In this document: positions 41,901 through 54,063 of the stretch, piece by piece | How positions within the stretch are numbered: position 1 is the first letter of the stretch | Layout of the letters: every line of letters begins with the position of its first letter | DNA from: Balanoglossus misakiensis | Lineage: Eukaryota > Animalia > Hemichordata | NCBI GenBank assembly: GCA_040954595.2 | Contig: CM082585.2 | Span: 6,039,808-6,103,807 of the forward strand | DNA length: 64,000 bases | Direction of reading: 5' to 3' | The notes under the pieces: model-generated | Databases searched by the model: none | The model's input: the letters and a program-made list of their open reading frames with translations, nothing else | Told to the model about the DNA's origin: nothing | Position numbers and translations under genes: made by a program

Positions 41901-44900
41901 TACCTCCCGGCATTTGTCAGGTAAGCGTTAATTCCTCAATGTTTAAGAATTAACTAATTTCATCGTGGATCTTGTTAAAGGTGTACGGTCACCTATGGAA
42001 AATGAGCTATAGTTACCATGGCAAATTGAGATCTAGCCAATCACAGATTTTCAGTGGGTGGCACACGCGAAAAACGCCATTTCAGCCATATATGGGCCTA
42101 ACTGACATGCAATGATGCGGCTGTATAGTACCAGTATAGCTTTTGAAAGCAGGAAACCGTCTGACACTTGCAGCAGAACTTGTCTATGGGTCTTGCCACG
42201 GTGAAATTGCCCAAAACTATCTTGCATGACAGGTCTCGAGTTGAATCTTAGCAAAATCACCATTGCATTGTATTCTGCTTTCCAATTGGCTGTGAAATGA
42301 CGTGATGCCACACGATAATGTTTTTGCATTAATGGCTCATGGCCGCTCCATCCAGTCTGACCACAAGAGGGCGCCATAACAGTATGGTCTGTTTCCCCCG
42401 CCAACAGGTACGGCTCGGACGTGAAAGTGGTGCACTTCATCGGCGCGGTGAAACCGTGGAACTTCACCTACGACACCAACTCTGGCACGGTTCTGACACG
42501 CGAGGGCCTCACATCGCCCCACGAAATGATCTTCATCCAGGCCTGGTGGGACTTCTTCGTGTCCAAGGTCAAACCTCGTCTCCAGGCACGTCAGGTTGGT
42601 ATCGCAATACAAAGTTCTCCTTACGCACTAGCTATCGTCGTTTTCAGGAAAATTCTAGAAAGCGTTTTGATCACAGTGAACGCTACATTCTTATTGCAGT
42701 GTTATTGTACAAGTTGTTGGAGAACCTCACTCTCTCTAACATGATGCATTCAATTTCCGTCTCTGTTTGGGGTTTTATCAAACATAATTCAAATGTTTTC
42801 TTTATCGACAGTGATGCCTTAAATATGCCAGCTGGCATAATCACTAATGTTGTTATGACCAAAAGAAATACCTAAAGTCATATATTAAGTACTCTGAAAT
42901 TTGAATTCAGAATAATTTCTGATTTAGTTTCCATGGAATATGCTCGTTTAGAATAATCTAATCATGTACACAACATGGAGTTGAAACGATATAACTTCCT
43001 TAGAATGTCTACCTTTTCAATCTAATTGAGGTAAAATTGGCATTAACATATAACTATGTTCACCTTTCTCTCTAAAAAAAGAGAGAGAACTTGGTAAGTA
43101 TGTAGTTGACGTCGTTTGAAATGTGGTCTTCTGTAATAGCAATCAGTATGTTGATAAGGTACTGGCAGTGACATAAAGTTCGACTTCAATAATAGGTACT
43201 GTGCTATCATTAAGGAGTTTCAAAGTGTGAGTTCCCATCTTTGCTGCTGTGTATGTATGTTCGTGTTTGCAAGTCTGGGAGACAGTGTTCTCAGTTTAAT
43301 TTCATAAAATCAGGCTGAAGATCCAGACAGCCGTCCAACGGAAGAACTTGTAGGTTTTGACGCCCCACCTATGCAGGAACCTGAGGTCAGTCCTCAGCAA
43401 GCAGAACACATGGACACGCCGGACGACAGAGATATCCCTGGGCTTTCAGCAGATGAACTTGAAATATCCACTGACCCTGGAGGCAAACATTTTAGTGAGG
43501 AGGGGGAGGAGGAGGAAGTAATATTGGTTACCGAGACTACGCAAACAGAGGAAGATCCAAAAGATGAGATTGTGTTGCAATACATCCAGGAAAAACTAGA
43601 GGAAAGGAAAGACCCTAAGGTTGAGGAATTGACTAGGTACATTGGGGAGAAGTTAGAAAAGGCCAAAAAGGTCCCGGGGCAAATTGTTGCAGAAACTATT
43701 GAGACAGAACATGATGAACATAAGAGTGTGCCTGTACATCATGAAAAGGAGTCAATAGATACAGAGCAGGTGATTAAAAGTCCAGAGAGTATTGCTGAAA
43801 CGACGATAGAGGGTGTGTCCATGGCAGCAGGGGGCACGCCCATGGCAACAGGGGGCATGCCCATGGCAACAGGGGGCTGGCCTCTGAAAGAAGATGCAGA
43901 GGAGACGAAAGAGACGGGGAAAGAAGCAGAGGTCGAGGAGGAAGAAGGAGCAAAAGCGATGGAAATTGAAACTTCGGAAACCCCGGGTACAGAGAAGTCG
44001 TCGTCCGAAACACAGACACAAGTGAGTAACTGTGTTGATCATGTGGATATAACTCTTGTTTTTTCAGTGAATATTATGAATTTGCATGTGCTGGGTTACT
44101 GTTAAAATTCCAATTAGAAACGACTGTTGAATTCAATGTATGAATGAATAAGTTATTTCACAGTACTGAAAAACTGTTTTCATTACAGATTCCACACAAA
44201 AAAGTCTCAGTGTATGCTTCAGTGACAATTTTTGCTGTCTGTAAGAATCAGTGTTCATGGGAGACCTGCAGTGGAAACCCATTCTGCCCATGCTCAAACC
44301 GAATTAGCATTTAGCTGATAGGTCAGCAGAGATGTTTACTTTTAGACCATATTGGATTAGGTCTTTGTGGGTGTGTCAAGTATGTACCAGTCATGCTGTG
44401 TCATGCCTGGCATTATCATGTTAGTAATATGAACATCACTATGTTTTGCAAATATGCAAATAAGCAAATATGGCCGACTAGCTACTTCCACATATGAGCC
44501 AACATGGCCGACTTCCACTTTTACTTTGTTTTGCAAATGAGCCAATGTGGCCAACTTGTGACCAGACCACTTTGTTTTATTTGTTGAGGTCCATGGCCAT
44601 CTAACAGACCTGACCACTCCTACACAAAATACACAGTAATACTGTAGTTATAGAGCACTATTTTGCCACAGGATTACTTTAGAAATTGAAGGTGCAAATG
44701 TGCTAATTTTTGATGTTTTGGTTATTTCTGTTTGTTTTGATAGTATAATTTGTTCTGCTCACCAAAACATACTGAATCATGGTTGGTTGTTACAGCTTAA
44801 CCTGTGTTCTGTGTATGGGGTATCAGAGAGTACAGTGCTTCCATCACATAATTTCTGGTGTGTACCCTAAATTATGACAGTCATGGAATAATGTTTGTTA

Positions 44901-47900
44901 TTTGAATGTCTACAAGGGATATTGTGAGCACAGCTGTAACAACCCACACATTGGCAGAATTGCATCATAAATAATTTTTTCACACAAAACCAAAATATTC
45001 AAAATAGTGTCAAAATGTAGTGACTTTGCCCCTTTAATATTGCCTGCATTCAGAGAAAATTTTTCCTTTTCACAAAGATGCCTGTAGTATTTGTTACCTG
45101 GATACATTTTGTGAATGTTGTCATGATGAGATGTTGACATATACATGAACCCTTCCATCTTTCGTTTGGTCCTCTCATTGCTATTGCAGTTAACAAATCA
45201 GAATTTCATATCTTGACCTTTTCTATGAACTTTCAAAAATTCTTGCCATTATTTTATCATGTGTGACCTCTTTGCACATCACTTCAGAGTTTCAAACGTA
45301 AAGATTCACGGATATTCTCTCTATGTGCAGACCGACTCGCAACCTCCAGCAACTCTGGCGATAGCTTACATCTTGGTATCAGAGAGTTGAGCTAGCCATC
45401 TTTGAAGGGAAATACAAGCCTGAGATTTTTGCGGATTTGAAAGATTACAGATAAAAAAAAGCCAGCTGCCAAAGAATAAAAACCAGAGTACGACAATCTG
45501 TGATTATTGAATCATTTTATTGTGGCAAATGGCAGCGTACGACAATTTGTGATTATTGAATCAATGTAGGGCGGCATTGTGGCAGCCATTTTGTTTCATA
45601 GTCGGACATCTTAGAATCTGCATTCAAAGATTTCACATTCTACCAACAAAATAGCTGCATCAAGCCTACTTATCATTAATTCAAATCATCAAAGAAATTG
45701 CAAAAATCAGGGAAGGTTTTGCATATATTGCATTATTTTGATCTTGCGTAAATATGCAAAAATGTCAGGCTCTATATTTCCCTTTTAAATCCATCCAGAT
45801 GGCATTAGCTTAATACTGAAGAAACGATGTACTTACACAGTCGCATGCAGTAACTTTTTAAAACCGCTGAGTCAGCCAATTTTGACCAAGCACCAGTCAG
45901 GTAAATAATTCATATTCACAGACACTAATATCCTAACTTCCAAATCTTTTCTCATTTCATATTGTGTTGGTTTATCAACTATTCTATCAAGAACTTCAGT
46001 TTTTTTATGCTGCGAGTTTGTTCTTGCACTTTGTCGCTGCTCGTGCGAAAAAAAAAGTTTAGTAGCGTGTGTTGTTTTCACTTTGAAAATAAAATGTGAT
46101 TTGCAATCTTTCCTGAATACTCTGCATGCTCTGAAGTTAAAATTTGTTTGAGTTTGTCTCGCATATGTGCATGTATGAGACTTTAAAGTCCACTTCGCTT
46201 TTGGTACATACTTATAGACATTACCACAGCCTGTTTTCGCTGACTAAGATTGATTAATTATTACGATGAAGTTAGGATCAGCTAATTAACTAATTACACT
46301 TCAAAACCTGGAGTTTGCTGTTATGTCGAGCAAAGCTATGTAGTCAACTCATTGTTTCCACAAACTATTTGTAATTTAAAAATAAATAATCACACACAAA
46401 ATGTGAATTTTGTGAGGAACAAAAATTTCTCCCAGAATAATTGAGGACCAAACTGTTTGTAGAGAACACATTTTCCACTGTGTAATAATATTGAGAAGTA
46501 TTGTGATGAAAGTGTCCAGGAACATTGCATGTTTCTGGACTTGAAAGATGGCCACGGAAAGGGACAAGGGGGTTTTGTAGCTTTCTAGAGTTGAAATTAA
46601 AATTCTTGTTCCCCAAAATAGGAGTAGTCTAATCATAACAGCGATCGAAATAATGGAATAATTGATACAGTACATGTACTCCTAAAAACTGTAAAAAAAA
46701 AAAAAAACTGGAATGTACCGGTAGAGTGATTTGGCAAAGGAACTTCCAAAATAGGAAAAATGAATGTGTTATTGATATATGTATATGTATGTGTGTTGTG
46801 TAATTTCAACCGGTAATGCCAAATTTTAATTCCTGCAGTCGTAATGTGCATCATGATCTATCCATCATCATCACCGTCATGAACTTCTCTGCTTTCCGAT
46901 CAATGCATGTTCTTTACACAACTCCAGCTATTCTGTGACACTGCCCTCTTGTGTCAGAATGTGCTGTTTTGGGTCATCAGGCATCATGTATAATATCAGC
47001 AAAGTACATGTTGAAGGGAAAAACAGTTCTAAAGGGACAAAGTCATTGCAAGTTGACAATATTTTTGGTATTTTCGTTTTGTGTTATTATTTTTTTGACT
47101 CCTAAATTTGGTCAAAATGCCATACTCTCCAGTTCCTTTTACTTGGTGGGAAACAAAAATAAGTAACCTTGCTAATTCCACGTATGATGTTGCCATGGTA
47201 GAAGATTATGATCTGCATATCACGGAATCATGCATGTAGCATGGCAACACACTTGCACATGTACGTTAAAATTATCACCAAATACACCAGGAATTGGGTT
47301 AAATGGTACTTTTGTTGCCAATGTTCAACTAATGGTCGTCAAATTGAAGGTTTTCCACGCTTGCGTCAAGAAATAATATCTTTCTGTTCACAGCATCATA
47401 GCTTGCTGCATTTATAGTGACATCGCAGTGTTTGAGCTAGTGGATATCACAACTTAGTGTCACAATTCATGACATCACAGCTCTCCATGTCACAAATCAT
47501 GACATCACAGCTTTCTGTATCACAGTTCATGACATCACAGCTTTCTGTATCACGTCATTTCATGACATCACAGCCTTATGTGTCACGATTCATCGCATCA
47601 CAGCTTTCTGTATCGCAGATCTTGACATCACGTTTCCTGTGTCAAAATGTATGACATCATCGCTTTCTGTGCCATGATGCATGCCGTCATAGCCTCTCTG
47701 TGTCCTCATTCATGACTTCACAGCTTTCCGCGTCATCACAGACTTGTTTGAATACCACTTATCAGCATTGCAATTCACAACTGCATCGTAACTAAATGTA
47801 GTCATGACATCACAGCTTTCCAACTCAGGGCTTTCGTAAACCATTCTTGCTTTTGCGTCTGTTACAGCAAATGTTAAACTTTTTACCTTAAATGTTTAGT

Positions 47901-50396
47901 GAAACAATTCTACAGAAAGTAAAAAAAAATGGTTTATGTTTGGCCATTTGAAGTCATTTAATTGAATGCGACCCTGACTTAGCACCAGGACAACTCAATA
48001 TGCCAAATGATTTTGTTGTTGCAGCCCGATCCAATACGGCTGACAGACAGCCACTTTTGTAGGATTTTTTTTCATGTCCAGCGCCTACACTCAGACATAC
48101 CAATAGTTCCTACACAAAGCATGGGCACACTGCAAACCTATGGCCATATCTTGACAGGGACTGTGTCATTGACGATGGGTTAAAAAAAAACACAACCACA
48201 AGTTCAGATGGTTGGCGTGGAAAATAAATGCATGATTCCATTACACTTCCAAACATCCACCCTGTCTCCAGTTTGTTATAGAAGTAGCATGTGTACTAAC
48301 CTATATTATCTACAGAATGTTATATTTTACAAAAGCATTATAGCCTTTATTACAAATTTTGTATAAAAAAAATAAGTAGTGTTCACAAAATGTGGACCTT
48401 TTACATAAAGTTAGGCAGTCCTAATTGTTGGGCGTTTTCCTTTAAAAACACCAACTGTGTCATGTACCAGCGATTCTCACACAGCCGGTTGTTTTATTTG
48501 CTGTGTACAGATACGTATATTAGATATTCATGCCATGCGATCTGTTTACATAGTAAATATGTATTGCAATATATTAGTTTATTGTACAGTTTGATGATTA
48601 GAGTTGCAGTGCTTTATAACAGCGTTTTCCATTGGTTGAAATTTGCATGCCAATGTGTCGCTAGAATGTTCAGGATATTCTCAAAACTTCATGTAAAATG
48701 AAGCAGTAGCTGTAATCTTTTGGGGATTTTTTCATATTTTTTGTTCTGTTGTGTCAACTTGTTTCAAAATCTGACTCCAAAGCATGCTGAAATATCAGAC
48801 GGTCAGTTTGACGACTCCGTCAAATGTGTGCAGTGTCAGAACTTAAAGTGAAAGGGGTCGTCACGATGCGTTTGTTCATAAACATTACAATTCACTCACA
48901 AATCCCTCAAATAAGATAATTCTTCGAATGAACGAAGCAGCCAACCGTAGCAAAGACTGCGCTTGACAGCAACTGAAGATCCTATTAGGTCGTGGCAACT
49001 GCAGTGGGATTTGCGCTGGTATGGGAGGACATATTCTCATCAAGGGGGACATCCACGCGGCACAAAAACCCCTTCCCTTTGAGTAATTAGACATTTCAGC
49101 ACACTGTAGGAGTTGAATAATTAAGAAACTGCACTGGAAACACCGAACAAAAAATGTAAAAAATGTCCAAAACGTACAGCTGTTGCCTCTTTTAATTAAA
49201 TGAATTTCAAGGTACAGATGAAACATTTTATTTGTGTATTAATGATTTTATTATTTCTTTGCAGCAACAAGAATGCAGACCGAGATTTTTTTCTGGAAAA
49301 AAGTTTCTGCGATGCCATGAAGATGTCCCTGGTGTAGGGCAAGGTTCTGCAGGATAGCCATAATAACATAGTTTTTGAACGATATCTTGTAAATTTTGAC
49401 AAATTATACTCTATTATGTTGTATTAATAAATTTAATGAGAAAATGGCTTTTATGTAAAATTATGGTGCAAATAACCATAGCATATAACATATTTAAAGG
49501 TACACTGTCGCCTATGTAAATTAAGCCACAGTTACCATGACAACTTAAGAGCTAGCCAATCACAGATTTTTAGTGGGTGGTCATGTGAAAAAAATGCACC
49601 CCTAAAGTTGTCATTCGATGATTTAGACACGCGCTTTGATCATATAAGGGTGTATGTAAATTAGAGGTGGTTGTATACCTTTAAATACTGGTATAGCTGG
49701 TTGTTTGGCAAAAGAAGTGAATAGTAAATAAAAGTTGCATTGTGGGCAATGAGGGAATTTGTGTTGTCGTTTTATTTTGAATATAATTTGACAGTCGTCT
49801 CTCATACCGGAGTTAAGATTACAGTACTTTAAACTTGGCCAACCCTTAAATTTTAGTATTTAGTTTATCATTCTGTGGGTCAAGTGTGAAGCGTATTAGC
49901 AAAAAAAATTATTTGTCACTGCCAAATGTGAGTATAGTGAATAAAATACAAGCTGTTGCTATAATCTCCATGTTGTGATTAGCTGTGCTACCAAACCTTG
50001 AAAACGATATTCAACCATAGCAGTTGAACTGTGGGCTTCAGTTTAAAATCCTCACAGTCTGTTTGTCGGTTGGTAAACAGAAAATAATTCCTCCAGTGCA
50101 ATGTAACCAAGGTAACACTCCATAAATCATGCTTCCATTTTTTTTTTTTTTTTGCTCACACTTATGTACTTGTTTCTCATTGCCGTCAACAGACAGAACT
50201 TCCTGAAGAGATGGGACAGCTGAAGTTGGAGGTCTCCCCCGTCCCCAGTCCTTCATCATCCACGGTTGCCGTGGGGGAACCAGTCGACAGTCGCACACGC
50301 CAGTGGCAGTGGGAACAAGGCCAGATAGATTACCTCGGTCAAGACCGCTTCGACAACATCATGAAAAAAATCGACGAAAAAACCAACGACAAATAA
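14911..50396 (+). CDS. GYG1: Glycogenin (GT8 self-glucosylating primer of glycogen synthesis); 337 aa, or 573 aa with the acidic exon
   Basis: Exons 14911-14926 (inferred), 40098-40239, 40432-40606, 41100-41262, 41794-41920, 42408-42594, [43314-44021], 50193-50396. Motifs: [31 protein letters not shown] (DxD), [36 protein letters not shown] (acceptor Tyr region), [12 protein letters not shown], and the C-terminal glycogen-synthase-binding [22 protein letters not shown]. Confidence 0.93.
19071..19106. repeat. Perfect 36-bp palindrome
   Basis: gcatgtgaccttgcgacc|ggtcgcaaggtcacatgc, no spacer. Confidence 0.95.
24743..24813. mobile_element. Tiny piggyBac-like MITE remnant
   Basis: ttaa|ccctttc...gaaaggg|ttaa: TTAA TSD and CCCT/AGGG ends. 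Confidence 0.6.
31412..36034 (+). CDS. Intronless 1540-aa Glu-rich protein with N-terminal membrane anchor, nested in glycogenin intron 1
   Basis: 4.6-kb uninterrupted ORF; good start context (caacATGG); hydrophobic [18 protein letters not shown] followed by basic [10 protein letters not shown]; non-repetitive acidic flanks also open; CpG-rich 5' region; first downstream AATAAA I found is at 38232-38237. Confidence 0.85.
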   Translation: MAGLAYYVSCVVFVAILWAYWRPKPGKKKVKASDNVDEPAGKAVVVKKDVKEVRDILSKVDDSCKSGDDLVVVGLKGEVTAGQAGVVQDAATEDSEIEISEKKGPDEVDLSAVETKDTEKPGIVEVSGEGVVKTENVVSEAEPSVGEKEVSESVDGLTEVGVEDTEHVKEPFQGRLFVGSTDDATCKPSGETSPDSGVEEGIALSPTGGVSESETAEQSEDDTKLFIIEESDLSTPDEIIEDIAAELGDVAEQEHEVVSEEADVKEEPVVVEKHELESVERPSTEAKQEMDILHISEDDELDIVEHVEKELAETIPESVDGNLVGKLTITEEPTVSQAESLPVVFATKDDDAQPESDQVSDSVKETDDQDATPAVDVDQIKMVEEPRLQAEMLPEQSVDKSETDTKTVESAGRDVEDMECEPSGEEKEEESSLPEDVDIIESDSVKELTDIQTTDEPSPEDEGMEQTLQEETIDEQPIKEQEEKTDDEQPITVAVVSEQLVAEAEILVDEQPMKEEEEAEQPMKDEEVIEQPMKEEEVEEKPIKEEEEAEQPIEEEEEDEQPIKEEEVAEQPMKEAEVSEHPMKEEEVKEQPIEEEEVAEQPIIEEEVEEQPIKEEEVAEQPITEEEVPVAEQPMKEEEADEPMKEEEVEEQPIKEEEVAEQPITEEEVPVAEQPMKEEEADEPMKEEEVEEQPIKEEEVAEQPIKEEEVAEQPMQEEDVEEKPIKEEEVAEQPMKEEEVEEEPIKEEEVEEQPMKEEEVEEQPIKEEEVAEQPIKEEVGEQPIKEEEVAEQPIKEEDVEEQPITEEEVAEQPMQEEEVEEQPIKEEEVAEQPMKEEEVEEEPIKEEEVEEQPMKEEEVEEQPMKEEEVEEEPITEEEVEEQPMKEEEVEEQPMKEEEVAEQSMKEEEAYEPIKEEEITEQPIKEEEVEEQPIKEEEADEPMKEEEVEDQPITEEEVEEQPITEMEAEEQPMKEEEVEDQPMTEEEADEPMKEEEVAEQPITEEEVEEQPITEEEVEEQPIKEEEVAEQPITEEEVEEQPIKEEEVAEQPITEEEVPVAEQPMKEEEADEPIKEEEVAEQPITEEEVEDQPMKEEDVEEQPIKEEEVAEQPITEEEVEEQPIKEEEVAEQPITEEEVPVAEQPMKEEEADEPMKEEEVAVQPITEEEVDEQPIKEEEVAEQPITEEEVPVAEQPMKEEEADEPIKEEEVAEQPITEEEVEDQPMKEEEVEEQPIKEEEVAEQPITEEEVEEQPITEEVVEEQPITEEEVEEQPIKEEEVAEQPITEEEVPVAEQPMKEEEADEPMKEEEVEEQPMKEEEVAEQPIKEEDDEEQPITEEEVEEQPRKEEEVDEQPTKEEEVEEQPMKEEAEETEIQPMKDENMDMADDNPPEKIGEADKSAGDEDTDRPQLIEQSSDEIGKDWEMLDKPESDDNKVGREDGRCAAQDVLELREEDAVNGNVGVEPDESDVQDPAVKSDTCAAGLLSESTHKERLSDDSLERECDADSLDGKEESADAADRDIDQDSLEAVENGAHVDVPAE
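32820..35550 (+). repeat. Coding minisatellite, 30-nt unit (EQP[I/M][K/T]EEEV[A/E]), roughly 85-90 copies
   Basis: gaacagccaatcaaagaggaggaagtagag and variants; length variants of 27 and 36 nt keep the frame. Confidence 0.97.
40098..42594 (+). CDS. GYG1: Glycogenin catalytic-domain exons 2-6
   Basis: Five GT-AG exons in consistent phase, encoding all GT8 glycogenin motifs. Confidence 0.97.
40846..40915. repeat. About 70-nt inverted repeat (hairpin) in glycogenin intron 3
   Basis: agagtgaaaaacttgccaaaatgaataa ... ttattcattttggcaagatttttactct. Confidence 0.85.
43314..44021 (+). CDS. GYG1: Large acidic, disordered glycogenin exon (236 aa, phase 0-0, probably alternative)
   Basis: aaatcag acceptor, open for 708 nt, CAA|gtgagt donor; lies between the catalytic exons and the synthase-binding exon. 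Confidence 0.8.
47420..47820. repeat. Degenerate minisatellite, about 30-bp unit
   Basis: catgacatcacagctttctgt(a/g)tcac repeated. Confidence 0.9.
49498..49680. mobile_element. Kolobok-like MITE; related left end at about 41979-42110
   Basis: ttaa|aggtacac...gtatacct|ttaa. The internal gttaccatg..ctagccaatcacagatttt.agtgggtgg is shared with the copy at 41979. Confidence 0.7.
50193..50396 (+). CDS. GYG1: Glycogenin last exon (glycogen synthase-binding tail)
   Basis: gtcaacag acceptor; [26 protein letters not shown]; candidate AATAAA at 51654-51659. Confidence 0.95.
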   Translation, partial: TELPEEMGQLKLEVSPVPSPSSSTVAVGEPVDSRTRQWQWEQGQIDYLGQDRFDNIMKKIDEKTNDK

Positions 50397-51725
50397 GGAA
50401 ATGTAAAACACTCAATACTTGCAGTAACATCCACAACAGCAAAAAAACAACAAAAAGTGTAGGCTTGATAATTTGTGAGATTTGGTGAGAGTACAGGCTA
50501 ATGTATCAGGCAATAAGTGTATGGTGTAAGTATATACTGTATAGATAGACAAACACAAAGATTGTGTCAGTGTAGATAAACTGTAACATGTAGCTTCAAA
50601 CCAGAACCGTTGACTTCATTCAACCGCACTTGTACAAATGTATGATGTAAAAAAACAAGATCGCGTACATTGTAACTTGTGTCATTAAGTACCGTAAGAA
50701 AAATCCAATAATTCAACCTGATGTGCAAATTCAAAATCGGAACAAAATCTTCTGTTGGTCTCGCTTTACCAAAAGATAAGTCAGGGATACTGAAATAAGC
50801 CATTAACACAATAACTGTGTGTTGTAAGTCAACAACAGAAAACTCCTGACACGGTAAGAGTTTCTACAAAAGATTGATTTTCATGACAGCTTACATTTGC
50901 ACTGTGTTAAAAAACATATATTCCCCCAAATTGGGATGCAGTCAAAATAACAGGTTTATTTATTGAATTTTTCTAACGGTAAGGTTCAGTGTTGTTCGCA
51001 AGAGATAGGAAAGCGTTGTATACATAGGTACATTAACAAATATGTAAACTGCATACGTGTGCATGAAAGTGGGAGGAAAAAAAATACGAAACATTTTGTA
51101 TTCAGTTTAGTTCCAGCATTTTTATTTTATATGAATGAGTTTTTCTGCAACTCATTGTAAATTACAGAATGAGTTCTTAGTTTCCACGGACCAATCAAAT
51201 TGAAGGAGTTTTGCATAATTATGATTAATTCATGAATAAGCCAATCCTGTTGTCTGAAATAACTAAGCCATGAATTGTGTGCTTTACGTACGCCAGATGT
51301 TACAGGCTAGCTGATTGGATTGTTTGCAACTGCTACTAACTAACTGCTTGACAACTCCTTTGAATAGCTGAATCGGTTATTAGGTTATTTTAGTTTTTGG
51401 GTGAATAGTTTGTTTTGCCGATTTTTGGTATTTTCTTCTGAATGAGTATGGAATATTAGCATGCCAAATTTTACAATTTTGAAACTCCACTTTTATTTTC
51501 TCTAGTGAAGGACACTGGTTGTGGAGACTTGAAATATTTTTTTTGTATCTTAGTGCTGAACTGCTTGATTTTAGATGTCAGCTTGTACATGATTGTACTG
51601 TACACTTAATACACTAACTGGTCTTGAACTTGACAGGCGAGAGACACAATCAGAATAAATATTCTTCAGAAATGCGACCTTTTTGTGTCAGTGGAAAATT
51701 CAATGATTGATGTTCAATTAATATA

Positions 51726-51934
51726 CTGTAAAATGGGTTATTTTCGCGACAGGAATTTTTCGCGATTTCAAAAGTGGCAACTGTTACGCGAGGATTAATT
51801 TTCACGTTCTTGTTTTTTTAGCTAACTGCATTGTAATCTCCTATAAACATTCACTCGACTTTTTATTTTCACGTTTTTGTGCTCTCGTGTATTTCGCGAA
51901 AATTTATTGCTCGCGAAAATAACCCGTTTTACAG
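51726..51934. mobile_element. Tc1/mariner-type MITE
   Basis: ta|ctgtaaaatgggttattttcgcga ... tcgcgaaaataacccgttttacag|ta: TA TSD and about 24-bp TIRs. Confidence 0.8.
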
Positions 51935-53859
51935 TACTACCTCATCTGGTGACCACTCAGATTGTGTGACTTGTGATGTCATGACGTGTACCTTTCTTGC
52001 CATTGCACTTGGTACAGCCCGTTTGTTTTCAATGGACAAGTGGGACTCCTTCACAAGGGAATGGGGGTGAGAGGGTTTAATAATGACGTATGCAACATTA
52101 TAAAATGTTCTAACAGAAATGGGCATTAGTATACACCTATTGACTGGTCGTGGGGCTAACAACATCTGGGGGAAGGGTTGATTCGACAGACAGGCAAGGC
52201 AGGTTGCCATGTGTTGTTACCTAAATATGACAGTCAATGTTGCAAGCTTCTCTATGCACTGGTTTGGTTGCCAACACAGATATGTTTAATTTACGTGACA
52301 TTGTTTTCTTCAAGTGTATAATTTCTGCGCAACTGTTTTCGGAAGTTTACCTATCCTGGGATAACACTTCCAGAACCGGTAATCAGTTGTGTACTGTTTG
52401 CCATGTATTAGCACAGATGGTGCTGCCCAGCAGATATATAACCACCATATGACCAACCACTGCACAAAATATTACACTGTATGCCGGACTTTTGCTCTGA
52501 TTAAACAAGATTGTTAATACTATAAGTTGGCAATTAAGTGCAATTTAATAAACACCCGAGTTGCCTAATTATCGTCTTTACAAATTGGTCAACATCCGAT
52601 TTTTTTTTATCGAGCAATTCATTTGATTTTGATCTTCAAACCATGTTTGGATAAGTGATCAGAAAGAACATCTGAACTGAAATATTTTACACTTTTCTTT
52701 TTAACTTGAGGATTGCTATTCTTGGGGATTGGCATCCTACAAATCACTACTTTAAGATTTCTCCATGGAGTTATAACACAGCGATTGGCAGCCATTTTGA
52801 ATTTCTAATTTGAGTGAAATTTCGCTTTATCATTCAAAATGTTATTCTCAACTTTACTCGGGAATAATCTTAAGTAACATCTGATTTTCGAGGCGAATCA
52901 TACCCTAAGAAAAGAATCATTCTGCTTAACGATAATCTTTTGGTCACTTACGATGAAAGCTAATAAAGGCACTGCTACCAAGCACTAGTGAAACATGACA
53001 TGGTGAGGTGTGATAATAATTTACTGATGGAATGGTTCCCTGCATGCTTTGAATGGGGTCTCTACACCCGTTTTCGATTCAATAAGTTGTCAGTCATATT
53101 TGCGTTTAATATCATGTACAAAAAAAATATACAAGAAGTGCATCAGTTTCAAAGACGTCCTTCAAATAAGTGTACAGTTGAAAAACGTAGTTCCTGCACA
53201 AGGTTACATAAAATGTGCGTGAATCGACTTTTCAAGATGGCTGCCCCCTTAGCTGGTACCCTGCTGCCTGCCCCATTACTGCCGCTGGCGGCGCTCAAGG
53301 TAATGGGATGACTATTTACCTTACTCCACCAAGGCAATGGGGTGACTAATACCGTTACACAACCAAGGGCACTGTCACTAGACATGTTATGGGAAGCTCA
53401 AAGAATATTTAGCATTTTTTTCCTCGCAATGGAATGATAAATGCGAAGGTTAAAGATGGTAAAGGTCAGCATTTTCCATGACAATGTTATTATGTAGCTT
53501 AACAGTGTTCAGGTGGTATTAGGGGCACACTGACCAGGACTCTTCAAGATATATCTTATAGTTGCATCATTTTGCATTTTGTTTTATCTTCGTTTTGTGA
53601 GAATTGTTTCACCTGTGTACCTGTACAGCAAACAGGGTTTAGCAGTTACTGTAAACACGACTCGGAAGCCAATAAGAGGACTTACGATGTTGTTACGTAC
53701 TCACTGATGACTAGATATCCCCTGGCTGGAGAGCATTGTTGAATTCTTTCTTTTAAGTTTTAGCAACATATGTGTATCCCATAAAATATTTTGGTGGGTC
53801 AATGAAAAGAGATCGATTTCTTTTATCACTTACATAAATTGCGCCCTCGACGACAAATT

Positions 53860-54063
53860 GCATTGCATTCTGTCGTTGCTCAACGAGACCGGGATACGCG
53901 TCTGCCAAAGTCCAGTCACCTGTTGCTGATACCTCCCTTGTCCCAGCCAAGACAAGAGTGGTATCGCCCACCTGAAATAGGTGCACCGGGTGCCCACACA
54001 GGTGTGTCAGAGCGAAGTGAACGTCAGTATTCCATCTTCCCAGAAAGGAACTCCCCGACACAG
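53860..54063 (+). other. Probable non-coding first exon of the downstream C1q gene
   Basis: TATA-like cataaat near 53833, ATG-free GC-richer block, strong CAG|gtaaga donor; an unpaired acceptor ttgttacag lies about 40 nt above the ATG at 56767. Confidence 0.5.
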
